Of a stretch of 38,484 bases of DNA, positions 33,901-38,484 are shown piece after piece. Position 1 is the first letter of the stretch. Every line of letters starts with the position of its first letter. The notes below the pieces were generated by a model. The model ran no database searches. It was not told the DNA's origin and saw only the letters and a list, made by a program, of their open reading frames with translations. The position numbers were made by a program, and so were the translations under genes. Where the stretch lies: assembly GCA_032718475.1 (NCBI GenBank), contig JAUCBJ010006429.1, positions 1 through 38,484 of the forward strand, written 5' to 3'. The stretch comes from Nemertoderma westbladi (lineage: Eukaryota; Animalia; Xenacoelomorpha).

Positions 33901-36900
33901 CACCCTAAAGTGCAATCTTAAATACCGTTACATATGACACCCTAAAGTACAATATCTTAAATACCGTTACATATGACACCCTAAAGTAAAGTACAATATC
34001 TTAAATACCGTTACATATGGCACCCTAAAGTACAATCTTGAATACCGTTACATATGACACCCTAAAGTGCAATCTTAAATACCGTTACATATGACACCCT
34101 AAAGTGCAATCTTAAATACCGTTACATATGACACCCTAAAGTACAATATCTTAAATACCGTTACATATGACACCCTAAAGTACAATATCTTAAATACCGT
34201 TACATATGACACCCTAAAGTACAATATTTTAAATACCGTTACATATGACACCATAAAGTACAATCTTAAATACCGTTACATATGACACCCTAAAGTACAA
34301 TATCTTAAATACCGTTACATATGACACCCTAAAGTACAATATCTTAAATACCGTTACATATGGCACCCTAAAGTACAATCTTGAATACCGTTACATATGA
34401 CACCCTAAAGTGCAATCTTAAATACCGTTACATATGACACCCTAAAGTGCAATCTTAAATACCGTTACATATGACACCCTAAAGTACAATATCTTAAATA
34501 CCGTTACATAGGACACCCTAAAGTACAATATCTTAAATACCGTTACATATGACACCCTAAAGTACAATATCTTAAATACCGTTACATATGACACCCTAAA
34601 GTACAATATCGTAAATACCGTTACATATGACACCCTAAAGTAAAATCTTAAATACCGTTACATATGACACCCTAAAGTACAATATCTTAAATACCGTTAC
34701 ATATGACACTCTAAAGTACAATATCTTAAATACCGTTACATATGACACCCTAAAGTACAATATCTTAAATACCGTTACATATGACACCCTAAAGTACAAT
34801 ATCTTAAATACCGTTACATATGACACCCTAAAGTACAATATCTTAAATACCGTTACATAAGACACCCTAAAGTACAATATCTTAAATACCGTTACATATG
34901 ACACCCTAAAGTACAATATCTTAAATACCGTTACATATGACACCCTAAAGTACAATATCTTAAATACCGTTACATATGACACCCTAAAGTACAATATCTT
35001 AAATACCGTTACATAAGACACCCTAAAGTACAATATCTTAAATACCGTTACATATGACACCCTAAAGTACAATATCTTAAATACCGTTACATATGGCACC
35101 CTAAAGTACAATCTTGAATACCGTTACATATGACACCCTAAAGTGCAATCTTAAATACCGTTACATATGACACCCTAAAGTGCAATCTTAAATACCGTTA
35201 CATATGACACCCTAAAGTACAATATCTTAAATACCGTTACATAGGACACCCTAAAGTACAATATCTTAAATACCGTTACATATGACACCCTAAAGTACAA
35301 TATCTTAAATACCGTTACATATGACACCCTAAAGTACAATATCGTAAATACCGTTACATATGACACCCTAAAGTAAAATCTTAAATACCGTTACATATGA
35401 CACCCTAAAGTACAATATCTTAAATACCGTTACATATGACACCCTAAAGTACAATATCTTAAATACCGTTACATATGACACCCTAAAGTACAATATCTTA
35501 AATACCGTTACATAAGACACCCTAAAGTACAATATCTTAAATACCGTTACATATGACACCCTAAAGTACAATATCTTAAATACCGTTACATATGACACCC
35601 TAAAGTACAATATCTTAAATACCGTTACATATGACACCCTAAAGTACAATATCTTAAATACCGTTACATATGACACCCTAAAGTACAATATCTTAAATAC
35701 CGTTACATATGACACCCTAAAGTACAATATCTTAAATACCGTTACATATGACACCCTAAAGTACAATATCTTAAATACCGTTACATATGACACCCTAAAG
35801 TACAATATCTTAAATACCGTTACATAAGACACCCTAAAGTACAATATCTTAAATACCGTTACATAAGACACCCTAAAGTACAATATCTTAAATACCGTTA
35901 CATATGACACCCTAAAGTACAATATCTTAAATACCGTTACATAAGACACCCTAAAGTACAATATCTTAAATACCGTTACATATGACACCCTAAAGTACAA
36001 TATCTTAAATACCGTTACATATGACACCCTAAAGTACAATATCTTAAATACCGTTACATATGACACCCTAAAGTACAATATCTTAAATACCGTTACATAT
36101 GACACCCTAAAGTACAATATCTTAAATACCGTTACATATGACACCCTAAAGTACAATATCTTAAATACCGTTACATATGACACCCTAAAGTACAATATCT
36201 TAAATACCGTTACATAAGACACCCTAAAGTACAATATCTTAAATACCGTTACATATGACACCCTAAAGTACAATATCTTAAATACCGTTACATATGACAC
36301 TCTAAAGTACAATATCTTAAATACCGTTACATATGACACCCTAAAGTACAATATCTTAAATACCGTTACATAAGACACCCTAAAGTACAATATCTTAAAT
36401 ACCGTTACATATGACACCCTAAAGTACAATATCTTAAATACCGTTACATATGACACCCTAAAGTACAATATCTTAAATACCGTTACATAAGACACCCTAA
36501 AGTACAATATCTTAAATACCGTTACATATGACACCCTAAAGTACAATATCTTAAATACCGTTACATATGACACCCTAAAGTACAATATCTTAAATACCGT
36601 TACATATGACACCCTAAAGTACAATATCTTAAATACCGTTACATATGACACCCTAAAGTACAATATCTTAAATACCGTTACATATGACACCCTAAAGTAC
36701 AATATCTTAAATACCGTTACATATGACACCCTAAAGTACAATATCTTAAATACCGTTACATAAGACACCCTAAAGTACAATATCTTAAATACCGTTACAT
36801 ATGACACCCTAAAGTACAATATCTTAAATACCGTTACATATGACACCCTAAAGTACAATATCTTAAATACCGTTACATATGACACCCTAAAGTACAATAT

Positions 36901-38224
36901 CTTAAATACCGTTACATATGACACCCTAAAGTACAATATCTTAAATACCGTTACATATGACACCCTAAAGTACAATATCTTAAATACCGTTACATATGAC
37001 ACCCTAAAGTACAATATCTTAAATACCGTTACATATGACACCCTAAAGTACAATATCTTAAATACCGTTACATATGACACCCTAAAGTACAATATCTTAA
37101 ATACCGTTACATATGACACCCTAAAGTACAATATCTTAAATACCGTTACATATGACACCCTAAAGTACAATATCTTAAATACCGTTACATATGACACCCT
37201 AAAGTACAATATCTTAAATACCGTTACATATGACACCCTAAAGTACAATATCTTAAATACCGTTACATAAGACACCCTAAAGTACAATATCTTAAATACC
37301 GTTACATATGACACCCTAAAGTACAATATCTTAAATACCGTTACATATGACACCCTAAAGTACAATATCTTAAATACCGTTACATAAGACACCCTAAAGT
37401 ACAATATCTTAAATACCGTTACATATGACACCCTAAAGTACAATATCTTAAATACCGTTACATATGACACCCTAAAGTACAATATCTTAAATACCGTTAC
37501 ATATGACACCCTAAAGTACAATATCTTAAATACCGTTACATATGACACCCTAAAGTACAATATCTTAAATACCGTTACATATGACACCCTAAAGTACAAT
37601 ATCTTAAATACCGTTACATATGACACCCTAAAGTACAATATCTTAAATACCGTTACATAAGACACCCTAAAGTACAATATCTTAAATACCGTTACATATG
37701 ACACCCTAAAGTACAATATCTTAAATACCGTTACATATGACACCCTAAAGTACAATATCTTAAATACCGTTACATATGACACCCTAAAGTACAATATCTT
37801 AAATACCGTTACATATGACACCCTAAAGTACAATATCTTAAATACCGTTACATATGACACCCTAAAGTACAATATCTTAAATACCGTTACATATGACACC
37901 CTAAAGTACAATATCTTAAATACCGTTACATATGACACCCTAAAGTACAATATCTTAAATACCGTTACATAAGACACCCTAAAGTACAATATCTTAAATA
38001 CCGTTACATATGACACCCTAAAGTACAATATCTTAAATACCGTTACATATGACACCCTAAAGTACAATATCTTAAATACCGTTACATATGACACCCTAAA
38101 GTAAAATCTTAAATACCGTTACATATGACACCCTAAAGTACAATATCTTAAATACCGTTACATATGACACCCTAAAGTACAATATCTTAAATACCGTTAC
38201 ATATGACACCCTAAAGTACAATAT
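27968..38224. repeat. 39-bp satellite GACACCCTAAAGTACAATATCTTAAATACCGTTACATAT (~250 units, with 37- and 44-bp variants)
   Basis: Directly visible over ~10.2 kb. A variant-rich block at ~29221 recurs at ~33130 (offset 3909). Confidence 0.99.
28408..28869 (+). mobile_element. 462-bp non-coding retroposed (SINE-like, possibly RTE-mobilised) structured element inserted in the satellite
   Basis: Perfect 11-bp TSD ACATATGACAC (28397-28407 and 28870-28880) and a short (GA)n 3' end. GC-rich, no credible ORF, dense hairpins. The 3' motif GGAATGGCAAACCA...GTATTTGCC resembles the RTE/Bov-A motif. Strand inferred from G-U pair bias. Confidence 0.75.
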
Positions 38225-38484
38225 GTCGTATACCGTTGTTTCCACTTGCTACTTTCAATATTAAAACCATTAGATTTGCCTTCTTACATAAATTAACTCA
38301 ATAGACTTAAATTCACTTAACGGCGGATTTAATATCCTCTTAGGGGCTTCGTTATAGAAAGATATGTTCCAATGTCACTCTACTAAAAAAATGATTTATC
38401 ATGAATGTCAAAAGTACATTTAATTCACTTACTTTAATTAATCTAACTTAAAATCTAAACTTATAAATAGGACTTGCCAGGTGC

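Noticed and set aside
28138-38094. Long ORFs of (SYVTVFKILYFRV)n, up to 908 aa, in which the commonest variants are synonymous
   Set aside because: The 39-bp unit is a multiple of 3 with a stop-free frame. Frequent 37- and 44-bp units break the frame, and by my hand count only about a third of the distinct substitutions are synonymous, near chance. Treated as a satellite artefact.
13538-38224. CRISPR-like appearance of the 28- and 39-bp repeats
   Set aside because: Units are directly adjacent with no unique spacers, there are no cas genes, and the context is eukaryotic.

Overview
AT-rich animal genomic DNA with spliceosomal GT-AG introns; no prokaryotic features. There are three minus-strand protein genes. 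One is an 809-aa single-ORF protein with a C-terminal F-box (301-2730). The other two are tandem, diverged paralogs of the five-extended-Tudor piRNA factor RNF17/TDRD4/Qin (copy A exons 13265-9144, 8276-8120, 4638-4445; copy B exons 26723-21921, 21467-21287, 20193-20066). The paralogs share intron positions and phases; their 5'-most exons were not resolved. Each has a CCCTAA-containing satellite upstream of its giant exon (28-bp unit, 13538-15592; 39-bp unit, 27968-38224), and the two units look related. Mobile elements include a DINE-1/HINE-like element whose ~146-bp tandem repeats each carry a CTCF-consensus match, a 5'-truncated RTE LINE, an RT-deleted CRE-like retrotransposon with a SAP-like motif, and several MITE-like inverted repeats. 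A 462-bp hairpin- and pseudoknot-rich insertion with an 11-bp target-site duplication sits inside the 39-bp satellite. All family assignments come from motif recognition by eye, not database searches.
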